A DNA stretch of 64,000 nucleotides from Chrysomallon squamiferum (GCA_012295275.1 CM022665.1:32612001-32676000); one strand, 5' to 3'. Shown: positions 14,210-27,800, numbered from the stretch's first letter. Numbers and translations: made by a program. Notes: a model not told the origin generated them from the letters alone.

Positions 14210-16014
14210 ATACCAGTTTTACTCTCCTTCCTACACTTGCCAATGTAACTGTTTATGCACTGATATCAGATAAGAAAAGGGTTATTGAAAAATAATAATT
14301 TATGAGAAACACATACTTTGGTAAACTTGTATTTCAGTGCTCACAGCCTAAAATATTAGCAAATGTTTAAAAATAAATAATAATATAAAATCAAATATTA
14401 ATATATAATGATGATGATGATGATGAACAGGAAAAAACAACAACAAAAAACAACAACTATACAAACAGTGTTGGCAACACCTTTACAATTAATATCTTTT
14501 CAATATAAATTTAATCTTTTTTTGTAACCTGTTTTTCAAAAATATCCCTTCTTGCATTTAATCTGAACCTGGTATTAAATTACATGAATTTACAATTTAA
14601 ATAACTTTAAATTTGCCTCTTTGTGCTTGGACTGCATACATTTAGCATATATAATGTTTTTAAAAAAAAATCAAATAAATTACAATATTGGCAGTGCAGA
14701 CATAAATGTTTAGGAGTGGATTTTAGGTGAAAATGGTGTAACTCGCTGTCATGTTAGGGAATGATAAAAGTTCCCATAATTTACTCATGTGAAAACACAC
14801 CTACTTTTCATTTGTGTTTGCATAAATGCATTTTAAAGTGTAAATATGGGGACAGAAAAAAGAAAAGATAAAGAAAATAATAATAATCTGAATATATTCC
14901 GCATTTGTGTGTGTGTACTTTATTTTTTGTCGTCTTAATAATGAAGTACAGCATTTCTCTTTGTGATTCCTGTTGTCAGGAATGCATAGTGCATTGCTTT
15001 TGATAAATTATTAGATTTATGGGTTGGAACTAAAGTTCATGGTGTTTTTTCAAAGAAATATTTGGTTAATTGTACATAGATTTATTCAGCCACATGCATT
15101 CCATTTCAGAATATGTAGGCCTATATATGTCACATATTTTATCACATGTAATATGAAATTGTGCTGAAATGCCACCCACTGAAAAATGTAAAACAAAATT
15201 AAGTGATAATGGCATTAGCTAGTAATAATAAATATACAAAAATAAACATGAAAAACACATTTTCATCATTGGTACTTTATACTAATGTTTGCCAAGTGTG
15301 GAATTCAACATTTATGACAACCCATCAACGTTATTAAATTTGAAATATTTTTACTTTTCACACCTTACCATTCTAGACACTTGTAATTAAATATTACAAC
15401 AGTCTCTCCAGCTCATGCATAAAATTCCTGTCATTTGCTGTTTGAAAACTGTGAAACTTAAGAGAATTTCTGCATTGGGAAGTCAGCTACAAGTGATGAA
15501 AACTGTAGCCAACATGTCATCCCAGACGTGTGCAAATATCACTTCTGTTTACTGAAGTGTCCCAGTAAATGTTGCTGCTGTTTGTGTCTCCACAATGTGA
15601 ACATGGTGTATGCAGATAACAGGCTGTAGTCATTGTTTACCCAGCATCCTCCTTGCAAAGCATTTGTGTCCATCCTGTGACTTTTTGACTCCTGCTAAAA
15701 GCATTTTAGAGTGAGGAAACAAATTTTTGCTACATTTACATTTCTGTTTTTTTTTTTTTTTTGCTACTTTTTAGTTGGTTTTGTTCTGTTTTCATTCTGT
15801 TTTACTGCAGTTTTTATTAAATTATTTTTTTCTTTGTCTTTAATTCTTTTAATTAAAATGTATGTTGTCACAGAACAGTTGAAAATATACAATGATACCT
15901 ATATGTTAATTATTTAAATATTGATCTGTATTTATTATTGAGTGTGTGTGTGTGTGCGCGCACACACCATATGTTTGTGAAGAATAGCAGTGACCTATAG
16001 TTAATTCACTCATA

Positions 16015-16451
16015 CAGTCTGGTGGCAGGGACTGATAAGTGTGCATTGCAGTCCGTACAAAGTTTTTTTGCTGTTTCTATACCTCTGAGATGTGTTCTTT
16101 AAGAATCTGAATGATGCCACTCTGTCATCCTTGGGCAATCTGCACAATATGCAAATTAAGGCCGCCATTATTGAAAATCTTGTTTTCGTCAATATCTCAG
16201 TAACTATGCATGGTATCAAAATAATTTTGGTTTCTATCCCCGTGTTTTGAGGGGTAAAGAATCAGATTAAACCATTACGGTATTGATCACACCAATATTT
16301 TCTGCAAAATATGCAAAAATCAACTTCAGCATATATCCGAGTCGTTACAGAACATCCCCTTTACTTATGCTGATGCATGTTGCCATTACTGATTTGACTC
16401 AGTCCTCAAACAAGTCACTTTCAACAACATTGTCACAGTCATCAACCCGTC
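16015..16451. repeat. Left terminal inverted repeat of the Academ element (437 bp)
   Basis: Reverse complement of 18590-19191 apart from the tips, a 7-bp indel and a 162-bp duplication; mirrored ORFs 16010..16219(-)/18977..19192(+) and 16283..16486(+)/18215..18751(-) show the same. Confidence 0.95.
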
Positions 16452-18597
16452 GGGTGTGCTCATTCCGGCAGTGTGCTTCTCCGTGACATCCACAAAACAT
16501 TGTGCATGGCAAGTGAGCTGTATAGCATCCACACATTGCTGTCAAACAGGGTATATCTGTAGCACAACCACACCTTATCATTTCCAGCACCTCCGGTGGA
16601 GCATCACTAATGTTTGGTTGCAATGTTACTGGGATCAAGGATCTAGTGCGTTCGTCACGTTCCCATCTGAACTCAACAGGATCTAATGCTGGAGGTTCTG
16701 AGCTGAGAGCTGATTTCCAAATGGCAGTCTGAATGTGCGCCCGCTTTACGTTCTCTTCGAATGCCTCTTTAGAAGGTGGAAGTGACTTAAGCTCTGGAGC
16801 CTTTGACAAATTTTTTCTACCCATCCTTCGCGACCAGACTTCTCCACAGACCTCAGACATGTTTGATGTCACCAAGCTTTTGACCCTGTAGCAGGCAGCC
16901 ATGAATGTTGTTGCTTATTCAATGATGTCACCTATGTCCTCAGATAATACGCCCAATTTGAGCAGTTCTACACCACTCTTAAGGACTTTGATGACGGTGA
17001 TTTTTCCTACTCCGAAGCACTGAGCCACAGTGTCACAGCCTGAGACGGCATGGGCGGCTGGCACTTATGAAAACAAGTGTCCATGTTCACTTGCAGTTGC
17101 CCCAATGTCTATAGTAGTTTGTTCAGCACTTGGTCCTTCCATTGTAAGACGACAGGTCAGGTTCAACTTTGCGCAGCAGGAGGACAAAAACGTCTGTGTC
17201 CTCACATACGATGTTGATTCTTTTCACATCACTTTCAGCTGCCTTAACCATCTGTTGTATGATTATTACATCCGCTTCTTCATGGCAAGTCATGAGATCT
17301 TCCCTACGGAAGACAATGCCATCCTGAATTACAACTGGTACAGAGTCAGTAGAAGTAATGACCAGACTGTGTTCATTCGGCTCGTCCTGTGCTTTCTGGA
17401 TCAAATTCTGACATATCAGATCTATGACCTGTACCTTATTCTCAGTTACTGTAAGAACAACCTTCTGGGGTGGCAATGGAGTATGTAACTGCAGTCTGTG
17501 TCTGCCCGCATTCCACTTTTAATGCTGAAGTCGAAGTAGCGATCAAAGATCAGGTTTGTGTCTTGGCTTGCCACCCTTTTCATCACATTCCTCGTGAAGC
17601 CGTTGACAAAATCTGCCACAGTTCCTTGATTAGGCCAGTTTATAACCCAAAGGATAGCACAGCCATCCAGTATTTCTACCTCTGATTTCTCAACCAAACG
17701 CTGGGACACAGCCACCTGCAGATTCTTCTTCAGTGTTGATTTCGGAGTTGCGATTCTCATTTTGCCTTCATCATCAAACATTGAGGTAGGCACAGGTGAC
17801 AGTTCATGCGCTAGGACAGTTTTGATATCAGTGTCTCGAGACTGTTGCAACCCTAGTACCCGCGAGTAGATGAGATTCGTGTCATACACATTATTGTTCC
17901 CAACCCTTACTGCCTTTCTTTTCACTGCCAAGGTCACCACTAACTTGGATAAGGATGCATTAAATCCGACAGGCCAGCTCTTTTCAAACGACACAAGTTG
18001 ACCATTCCCAATATCCACTGTGTCATGTGCGTTCACCGTTTCAGGTGCAATCTGACCAGTGACGACATTGATCAAACCAGCGGGATGACCAGTTGGATCC
18101 AGGGGATCAATGCAAGTCAGAAGTTTATCTCGTATCTTGACCTTGTCCTTAGCATCCGAAGTGATGCGTGATGGCTTCTCTTCTTTATGACTCGTCACCT
18201 CCCTCTCTCCACTGTCATCGGACATGTCCGCGATATCTTGAACGATCATGCTGCAGGTGTGCATACTGTATGCCCATCATTTCGGGCTTCAGGGTTATGC
18301 TTATGATTCCATTTGGACCATGCCCGTAACGCATGAAGGTTGTCTCTATCCACATGTCGGACCAGATCCAGTTCCAGAGTCCCGGCTTGTGACACATGGT
18401 GTGTTCACCTCTCATGAAGCTCTGAAGCACTTCAGGTGGGAGACGCTTCATTGTACTCAGGTACAACCCGTGTCTCGCGTAGTTGAAGTGAGCAGAGGCA
18501 AAAAAGTATGGCATCATTTGCTCTACTGCCCAGAGGTGGAGTGGCCAGTCTGCCTCTCGTTCTGCCCGCACGAAGACCATCATGATGAAGACGGGTT
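16399..18597 (-). pseudogene. 3' half of the Academ transposase/XPG nuclease/Cys8-finger ORF, frameshifted and with stops
   Basis: Consecutive fragments: FVRAEREADWPLHL..NYAR..SDMWIETTFMR (18215..18597); HELSPVPTSMFDD..ILDG..IFDRY..SIKS (17446..18264); CHEEADV..CEDTDVFVLL (17123..17476); VPAAHAVSGCDTVAQCFGVGK..DIIE* (about 16915-17065, my translation, with in-frame TAA stops); LPPSKEAFEENVKRAHIQTAIW..CGC..C....CGC......CTMFCGC (16399..16902). Confidence 0.88.
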
Positions 18598-19191
18598 GGT
18601 GACTGTGACAGTGTTGTTGAAAGTGACTTGTTTGAGTCAAATCAGTAATGGCAAAATGCATCAGCATAAATAAAGGGGATGTTCTGCAACGACTCGGATA
18701 TATGCTGAAGTTGATTTTTGCATATTTTACAGAAAATATTGGTGTGATCAATACTGTAATGGTTTAACCTGATTCTTTACCCCTAAAAACATGTGTATAG
18801 ACACCAAAATTATTTTGATACCATGTGTAGTTACTGAGATATTGACGAAAACGAGATTTTCAATAATGGCGGCCTTAATATGCTTATTCAGCACAAAATA
18901 TTGGTGTGATCTTGACTGAAATGGCTTAATTTGATTCTTTACCCCTCAAAACACGGGGATAGACACCAAAATTATTTTGATACCATGCATAGTTACTGAT
19001 ATATTGACACAAACAAGATTTTCAATAATGGCGGCCTTAATTTGCATATTGTGCGGATTGCCCAAGGATGACAGAGTGGCATCATTCAGATTCTTAAAGA
19101 GCACATCTCGGAGGTATAGAAACAGCAAAAAAACTTTGTACGGACTGTATTGCAAGGTTCTCCAAAAATCAGGGGTTTGGCAACCGGACTA
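18590..19191. repeat. Right terminal inverted repeat of the Academ element (602 bp, with a 162-bp tandem duplication)
   Basis: ggtgtgatc recurs at 18741 and 18903 and tttcaataatggcggccttaat recurs at the same 162-bp spacing. Confidence 0.95.
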
Positions 19192-20519
19192 ATATGTATT
19201 TAAACATATACCACACAGTCATATTATAGATGTAAATTATTAATTTCAATGTGCCTGAACATGTTTGTTAGGAATAATTTACATCCATGATTTGGATTGC
19301 TTTTGCATGTATATGTCATCTCTCATATGTACATGGTACTATCATTCACCATTTAACCTGAGCAGGATAAAGCTAAAGGACAGCCACCATAATTTTTTTT
19401 TATTCTGCAGTCCTAAATAATACAAAAAATTAAATGAAGTTATCTGTTTTATTTCTAAACTCACTGCTTTGAAGAGTAGTAGATTCATAAGTATTGATGA
19501 TGAAAAATATATATAATAAAACTTTGAGCAATATATATATATATATATATAATACATAATTTATTAAGGTGAAAATAGTTCTGACCCCAAAAGCTATGAC
19601 TTAGGTTACTGATCACAAATATAGAAATTTACATGTGTCATCTTGTCATTTTGTAGTGATTGCTTGATATATACTATTTGTATCAAGGTTACACACACCA
19701 ACCACTCCAGCATTTCCAAAAATGTATATTAACTATCAGATACCAGAGATAAGTATATGAATGCTGTTTATGTTTATACATATTTCAATATAATTTCAGG
19801 TGCATGCATGAACACAGAGTTTAAAAAAATATATATTACATAACCTTTCTGTTTCAAAAATAGCTTTTTAAAAATATTTGTTGTGAAATTAAATTGTATA
19901 TTTGAATAGAAATATATTTTCATATAGAATTTGTTTCTAAGAGTAACAATATATAACCTTTACATTACAGATATTTGTTATTTAATACTGTTGTAAAATC
20001 AAAACAATATGTCACACTGTGCAGATGTTGTTGATTTCCCGTTTTAAAACCTTTCAGAAGCTGAAGTGTGTATGTTAAGATTTATCCTGCATGCAAGGAA
20101 ATCCTTTATAATCTCATTTCAATGACTGAGAAAGTCTATGGTGAAAGCAGATACTGCATTTAGTTGGTATGTTTATGTGTATGTCTGCATATGTGTTGAT
20201 GTATATTAAGTAGTATCTGTGTGTGTGTGTCTTTTGATTATGTATATGTATAGTTAGTGTATCTAGGGTCTGACTGTTTTGATCCCTGTATATGTACCAT
20301 GTGTATTTTGATGTGTTTGTATATTTTGATATACTTATATACTGTGCCTGTGTGTTTGTTGTGTATATGTAGGATCTTTATGTATGTATATGGCAGAATC
20401 AATTTTTATTTACTTACAACTGAACTCATTTTAATAATTACCTTTAATATTATTAAATCAAACATACAGTGTATGTACAAGTTAAAATGTGAGAGAAAAC
20501 TTCCAGTTCACTGAATATT

Positions 20520-20650
20520 CCTATTGATTAGCACAAGGTACCTTTTCCATGTATGTCATGTGGATATAGCTGGAATGGAATAGACTTGCTAAGCAGGATT
20601 GATCTTATGATCTGTTATGCTCTAGGCTAGTGGTGTAACCACCATGTGAA
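20520..20650 (-). mobile_element. Decayed SINE-like repeat, family A fragment
   Basis: gattagcacaagg and gctggaatgg match the minus-strand family A motifs at 47073 and 47153. Confidence 0.45.
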
Positions 20651-22116
20651 TGTGTTTCAGACAGAGATATAATATATCAGTGACAATATATAATTATTTG
20701 AAGACTTATAAAGCCAGGCCAAGTGGATCTCTTACCAGAAGTTATAAAACTTTCATTAAAGTCCTGTTTTAAAACTGAAATTCACCAGAACACTGAGGTT
20801 ACCATACTAGGTTAATTTTATGATTTATAAACCACTGGTTTCTTTTGCAATTTGCAAGCCAGTGAGTGAGCCTGTAATTCTTTGTTTGCTTATTTATTTA
20901 TTGTCAAAGAAAACCAGATTTTACATCTAATCCCATCTGTTTTTCCCTCTAAACCTTGAAACAAATAAAAACAGCCTTGAACTGCCTATGTAATTTTAAA
21001 AAGTCGCTTATAAAACCCAATTGGATAAACTTAAAACAAAGCACAGTTTATGGTAAATGAATGTTAATATTTACGTTTCCTTAAATTCTTAGTACTTAAC
21101 TAAAGATTAAGACTTGTTGATCATAATTTTAATCACTGAACCCAGAAAGGAAATGTATGTGTTTTGTATTAATCTGATTCATTTTGTATATCTGTTTATA
21201 ACCTTTTCTTAAGTACAGTGTTTTATTTACATAACTTTCAGTGCAGGCGGTAAATTTCACATAGGGAGATTTGTAGATCAAATTTCAGAATAAAATGAAA
21301 CTGTTTGAATTCCACTATGGTTAATCATGATATATTTTAATAATATATAGCCATTAAAAAAATAGACTTTTTTGTTTTGATAGTTCATTACAATAAATAT
21401 ATATATATATATATATATTAATGTAGTATTATTTTCCTGGTTTTATGAACTTTTCAGACAAAAGGTAGTATTCATATTTAAGCTCACCTGCTGAGCAACA
21501 AAAACTAGTTTGAAAAAAGTAGTAAAATACATAAATGTTTGTTCCTATCTGTTCAAAATTTAAATAAATAAATAATGTCTTTTCCTAAGATACATCTTTT
21601 ATATTTGTTTATTTTATACAGAAATATTAAAAAAGTAAGTATTTTCTGAATCCTTTAAGCAATCACAGTATAGTATTAAGTAAAAAATAACTTTAATTTA
21701 GTTTTCAAGATTTTTGGAACATCAGTATATTTAGCTGAAATTAAGAACTCTTCTCCATAAGATGTAATAATTAATCTGGCTTAGGATTTATAATTTCACA
21801 AATGCTGACACCTGATACAGGTGTTCATCAGGTGTACAAACACTGATTACACGACTAGATTAACTGAATGAAATGTGATAGTGGTGTTTCTAAATGATGT
21901 ACAAGTTCTTGATTAAATATAATCTGGGTTTCTTTATATGGCAGTCTCTGGCTATATTTCAGTTTCAGGGATGCACTCAGAACTGTGAATCCTGGTAGGT
22001 AGGTGGGTGGGTGTGAGACAGAGATCCACACTGAATACTGTAAGCTCTGAACCTTAATCAACAATGCTTCATAAATGTCACAGCCAGAGTTCATGAGTTA
22101 AGTTTCTTTAATACTG

Positions 22117-22149
<33 letters not shown>

Positions 22150-22532
22150 CAGACAAAAAAAAAAAGCAATGAAAAGTCACTGAAAGAACACTGTTATACA
22201 TTTAATCATTGTGACTGAGAGGAAGTGATGTTTTACATATTAGAACACAATTTGTTATAAACTTTCATTTATAACAGGAAGAAACAAACACTGTTATACA
22301 CTTCACCCCAAAAAGTTCACAATTAATAACAAAAAGAAACACTGCTATACACATCCTGCAAAGACTGCACATGTAGTTTTTAAAGAATTTAAAATAAAAT
22401 TTCAACAGAGAAGAAGAAGTATTGCCCTCCAATAAACTTTGCAGGTTCAGTCACCCTGACCTCTGATGTGTTTATTAAAGGGGTAAAATTAATTATCTTC
22501 TCTATGTGATAAGTGCAAGATCTTGATCAACA

Positions 22533-22542
22533 ATGACTAAGG
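22533..22542 (+). CDS. Candidate alternative first coding mini-exon (MTK + G, phase 1)
   Basis: TGA at 22524-26, acaATG ACT AAG G|GTAAGT; in frame with the 51055 exon. Confidence 0.35.
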
Positions 22543-22804
22543 GTAAGTTAGTATTTTGAACTTATTTAACAATGGAAAATCATTGCTCTGACACCTTCAG
22601 TATGAGGAGTCTTCTTAAAGATAGTTGACAAGAAAATTATAGAGTAATATTATTCTTCTCATTTCAAGTTAATTTCTGAAAGCACGTAGCCTTTTATAAC
22701 ATCTGACAGAGCCTTATGATATTTGACATTACATTTATAGAAAATATAGACTGGAAATACCATATTAAATTAAAAAAAAACAAAAAAACTTACCCTAATT
22801 AATA

Positions 22805-23128
22805 GAATGGGCTGATATCAGTTATTCTCAGTGCACCCATATGGGTTATTTCCTATTTCAGCCCGAGCTCCATAATTTTTTATCAGATGTATGTTGTTTT
22901 TTATCATTAGGGGATAGTACATACAAAAAATTCCCTTGCTGCTGATTGAAAAGAATGTTCCATGGAGTTGATACTCCTGATATATTTTATAATGACATTA
23001 TTAAGCTGCTAGCCAAATGCTACTTCCTTTTAAAAAACAACAATAGCAACTGTGAAATTTTATGTCTGTTGATGTGTAATAATTTAATATATATCAGTGT
23101 GTGTAGAATGCTGTTAAATAAACACTCA
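22805..23128 (+). mobile_element. Decayed SINE-like repeat, family A, longest copy
   Basis: Shares tttcc(c/t)att(c/t)cagcc and cttgctgctgatt motifs with copies at 24852, 47073/47153, 47739/47821 and 56504. Resembles tRNA-derived SINEs I recall from gastropods (from memory). Confidence 0.55.
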
Positions 23129-24769
23129 GTTAATGCTTATTGTATGAGAAACTGCCTCAAATAAATTACAGATAGTCCTATATATCTAATTATTTACATT
23201 CAGCATGACTTTTTCACATTACATTTAAATAATGACATGTCTAGTAAAGATGACAATAATTAATATATTTTATTCTCACAAGTTTAAATCAGAAATTTAA
23301 TAGTCAAAACCCATAATGAAAAATATGACTTAATTGGAATGTAATCCTAGTCACCACTTTTTATCATTTGTTTTGATGTTTCTCTCAGATATATTAACAC
23401 AGATTGTATTTCTGTCTCCATTAAATGCATAAATAATAGAAATATAATGTTTACCATAGAATTACATCATCATCACAGCAGTATATGTGTGAAAGATATG
23501 TAATTTTAAAGTCTATCACAGGAGTTTTAAATTTCACATGTATTCACTAACCATCAAAACTAATACAGTGTCCATCCATCAAAATAATATAAACTATCAT
23601 ACTATGTGACAGATAAAATTAAAGCTCTCCTTCAAAAAAATATTAAATTTCTCTTACATAGGTTATCACATAAGTACAATAACTATCACTTAAATAGTGT
23701 CAATCACAATAGCATAAATCACATGATAGACACAATTATACATGCTCATCACATAAAGACAGTAACATAAAAACAATGTCCATAAAGAGATACAGTAGCA
23801 ATGACAGACAAAATGTCATATTTCCATGTATAATATCACACATATTATGATATAAATACAGTAACCATTATTACTTTATATTGGAATGTGTTCCTTACAT
23901 CAGTGTAATCTTTTTCATTAAAATAATGGACACTTTGACACTCACAAGGCTGAGATAATGGCTAAACTCTTTGAGATAAATTCATTTTAGAAAACTGATA
24001 CTACTATCATCCAGGTGACAAATGTTTTCTGTTATAATTTTCATGCATACCTGATGAAGCCCCATTATTTTATATATAGACTTGCATATTCTATTTTTCC
24101 TCATCCCAGTAACATAGTATTATCATAATAAGTATTCAAAATTTGTTTTTGTAAGTTATAGGAACATGGACATAAGACAGTGTTGTTTAAAAAAGATGAA
24201 GAACTGGTGTAATCTAGCAACAGATTTCATGTTTGTTTTTTTGTGGAAAGGGATCTGGTATCCTTCATCACAGAACATTTTCTTTTTTCTTCACACAGGT
24301 TTACTCTGACATGTCATCTGTAACATAATTTTGGTTCTCTTTATAGTTTGACAGAGTGATATTAATTTGAGAAGATGTAGGATTTTTTTTTTTTTGCTTT
24401 GTCATGATTAATCTGACAACTATTCTGGATACTTGTATGCATGGGTTGCCATGTGGAAAATTCTCCTCTTGTAATAGATTTAAAAAAAAACAAAACAACA
24501 ACAACATGATCTTTAATGTGTTTCAGAGTAAATAAATGTTTTTGTTTCCTTATGTCTTGGCTGATATTGTTTATTAGCTCATGTGGAGTGAAATTCAGAA
24601 AGGAATTCTGGATACTAAGTTTATAATTCACTGTTTTGGACACATACTTCAACACTATCTTCTTGTCTGGCAGTCTTATAATACAATATCCACTGCACAT
24701 ACTACTGTAACAATGTGTTGCTGTCTTATAATATAGACAGTTCCTATATTAAGTCTAGTGAAATGACAT

Positions 24770-24890
24770 GGGTGGGCTGAGAGAGGTTTAAATCTGACTT
24801 GAGAAGTGGTGGGTTGCAGGATCAGTTTTCTATGTGCTCCTGTTATGACCATTTCCCATTCCAGCCATTGCACCACAAAAGGTATAAAAT
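24770..24890 (+). mobile_element. Decayed SINE-like repeat, family A 5' part
   Basis: tttcccattccagccattgcacc at 24852-24874 (the WLEWE motif in ORF 24676..24897). Confidence 0.55.
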
Positions 24891-27800
24891 AAATCATTAT
24901 TGCCAGAAAAAAATAACAATAAGTAAAAATAAAATAAAATACAGATATTTATGCTGTAATGAAACAGTTACTCAAATATTGTATAAAAATGTATTTAAGC
25001 TATTTATTCACACCATTGCTCACTTAAACAAACAAAAGAATAAATAAATAAATTAATTAAATTAAAATAAAATAAAATAATAATAAATTTAAAATGCATT
25101 GGACCAGATTTCCTTTCTCATGAACTGAGTGATACTTAACTTTGACCATTAATAAGTGTTAATTGAAAATATATGGAGTATGTCATTAACTAAAACTTCC
25201 TTATGGTAAAACAGTATCTTGAACATGTACTTAAGTAACATTGGGTTCTAGTCTTAACAATCTATTTTTTTCTCTAATTTAAAAAAAAACAAAACAATGC
25301 AAGGTGAAGAAAACTATTCCAGTACAGGATTTCATGTAAAAAGTGCAGGTATATATAAAAGTTATTTTGTTAGCTAATCACTAAAAATGCCTCAGATGTC
25401 TAAAAATCAATAAAACAAACCTTTGTTTAATTACAGTCCATTAATTTATAAGTTACTGAACTATTGTTAAATATTCATTAATTTATTTCTTATACTAAAA
25501 CATAGATGAAGTGAATTTCAGTTCTAGAGTACTTATAATAAATAAATAAATATTAATACTCACACATTAATATTTATGGTTAATTTGGTTTATGTCATAT
25601 GTTTCATAATGAAATTCATTGTATAAAGATGATGATATGAAAAATAAAACCTGTTTTACTTCTACTGAGCAAATACTTGTTTTTTCTTTCAAGCATGCAT
25701 TCATTTAATATTAAACTCAAATCTTATTTTTCTTATTTAGAATTTACACATCTTGATGATACATAAAAACAGGTTTAGACAAACACAGTATTAGTGAAAA
25801 TAATTTACACACAGTTCACAACCTTCGTTCATCAGTTCAGAACAATTATTTCATTTACCAAAACAGACTGACAATATTAGTATTTATACACCTAAATAAC
25901 ATTAGCATCAAGGGTATAATCATGCAGACAAATGTATTAACTTGATGTCAGAATTGGATGGTAGTGTATAAACTCCCAACTCCCATTTGAGATGGAAACA
26001 TTTTGCATAACTAATTGACACCTGTGGACAAACAGGCTTGTATACAAGAACACAAAATCAACTGGTGTTTGTTGAAACTGTAAGACATATCCTCTCCAGG
26101 ACAAATAGTTAACATTTGCTTACAGACTTTTGCCAGGGAAGTGAAATTTTAACAACAAATTTGTTTATTACGAAGGTTTGTGAAACTAAAAATGGGAGTG
26201 TTGACTTGTTCTGAATGATGGAGAAGAACTTTAAAAAGCTGCAAGGAAAATATTTTTCTTCAACATGGTCTTTGTTAACTTAGATGAAGAAGAAAAATAT
26301 ATTTGTGTATTGCAGCAGAAGTAGAGGGGTTCACTGTATGTGTGACACTGAATATATGTGTATAGTCATGTCTGTGAGCTCTGTTTTAATGATAACATTA
26401 ATGATTGTGTGTACAGAAGTATAATAGGAAAGAAGGGAGTTGAAAATTCCACATTTGTGCATATATACTTTTTATGGATAACTCTTTAATATTAGCCTGT
26501 ATGTAAACTGTAACCAGACATGCATTCAAAAGGTGTTATTTTTACCTTGCCTTTTATTTTTATTTATTTATTTATTTATTTATTTATTGTAAAATACAAA
26601 AATAATTTAGCTGTTAGTTTTAGAAATACTTTTAACAATTTTGTAATTTCTTTTTACACTAAATGTTCTTCACATTTATATAAAATATAATATGGAATGG
26701 TTTCTAGGTAATTTGCTTGTATTAGGGAGGGGGTAAACAATTATGCAAGTATATGATTTATTCACTTTGTTTTGTTTCTGTTGTTGTATAATACAAACTG
26801 AAATATATATAGTTTGTTACCTGTGGCATTGTTGTCAGGTATTTAAATTGAACATTAAATAAATAAATAAATAAATAAAGATTTATTAACCTGTCATGTC
26901 AGTTTGATTAATGTTGATTGTGTTAGTAAAGTTTTAATATGCTAGAACAAACTCTTGTGAAGCACATATTTTACAGGGATGAAGTTTAAATTGTGCTTAT
27001 GTCCACCAAATCTTCAAGTAACTTTTTCTTGAGCACAAAAAGTGAAGAAAAAACCAAAAAACTTTCATTGACAATTTCAGCGTTAATATGTTTTCACTTC
27101 CTGACTGCAAGAACTATTTGAAATAAATTTGAATGATCCAGGAATTGTAAGCTTTCAGCCCAAATCATGATAAGTATGTTAGAGGAGAAGTTAATGAGAA
27201 AAACGGATTATGTATTTCTTCAGTTAGTTCTGTTTAATAGTTTACATTGCTGTGTCTTTCTGGTATATATGCTTCTTGGGGCTTGTGGCTTAACCATTAC
27301 ATTACCAAGATTGGAATTCAGGAATGATGGTTAGTGTCAGAAAAAAAGAATAAAAGTTTTGGTCTTTTGTTTTTCCAGTTAGATTCGGTTAGGATTAAAA
27401 TATGTTTCTGAACCTGCAAATTGTTAGGTTGGTAGTTTAAGCACAATGCCATCTGGGGTGGTTTTAGTTGATTAGACACAGCAACAGTGCTGTGATATTA
27501 AACTCTTTAAATTACCATTCAAGAATTACTGTTTAAATACAAAATGAATGACACAGATAAAATGACAATTTATTTTTCTTTTTTTTTTTTTTTTTTTTTT
27601 TCATTGTAAAGTGCCATGCAGTCTTCTTTAATAAATTATTCAATATTTTGTCATTGTGTGGCTATGAAAAAACATGCACAAGGAACCAGTTTTCTTAATG
27701 TACTTGCACCACAACTCACCTAAAACTTCAGGTGTGTGCAAGTGTCCATGAGAATGCAGACTATTGTGTTACATAAAGGGTTGAAAATTGGGGGTTCATT

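Larger units (their letters stand above)
16015..19191 (-). mobile_element. Academ-superfamily DNA transposon (XPG-nuclease type, AcademX-like), internally deleted non-autonomous copy
   Basis: Termini CAGTCTGG...CCGGACTA (YAG...CTA), 3-bp TSD ATA (16012-14 and 19192-94), long TIRs 16015-16451 and 18590-19191. Internal minus-strand remnants carry XPG/FEN1-like motifs (HEEAD, EDTDV, SGCDT..GVGK) and a C-terminal Cys-rich finger. 3-bp TSD, YAG ends, XPG domain and Cys8 finger are the described Academ hallmarks. Confidence 0.85.

Noticed and set aside
16010-16486. Paired near-identical small ORFs (16010..16219 and 18977..19192; 16283..16486 and the start of 18215..18751) as duplicated genes
   Set aside because: They are the two TIRs read in mirror frames.
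17030-18673. Plus-strand ORFs 17030..17488, 17470..17685 and 18248..18673
   Set aside because: Antisense shadows of the GC-richer transposase sequence with no recognisable domains.
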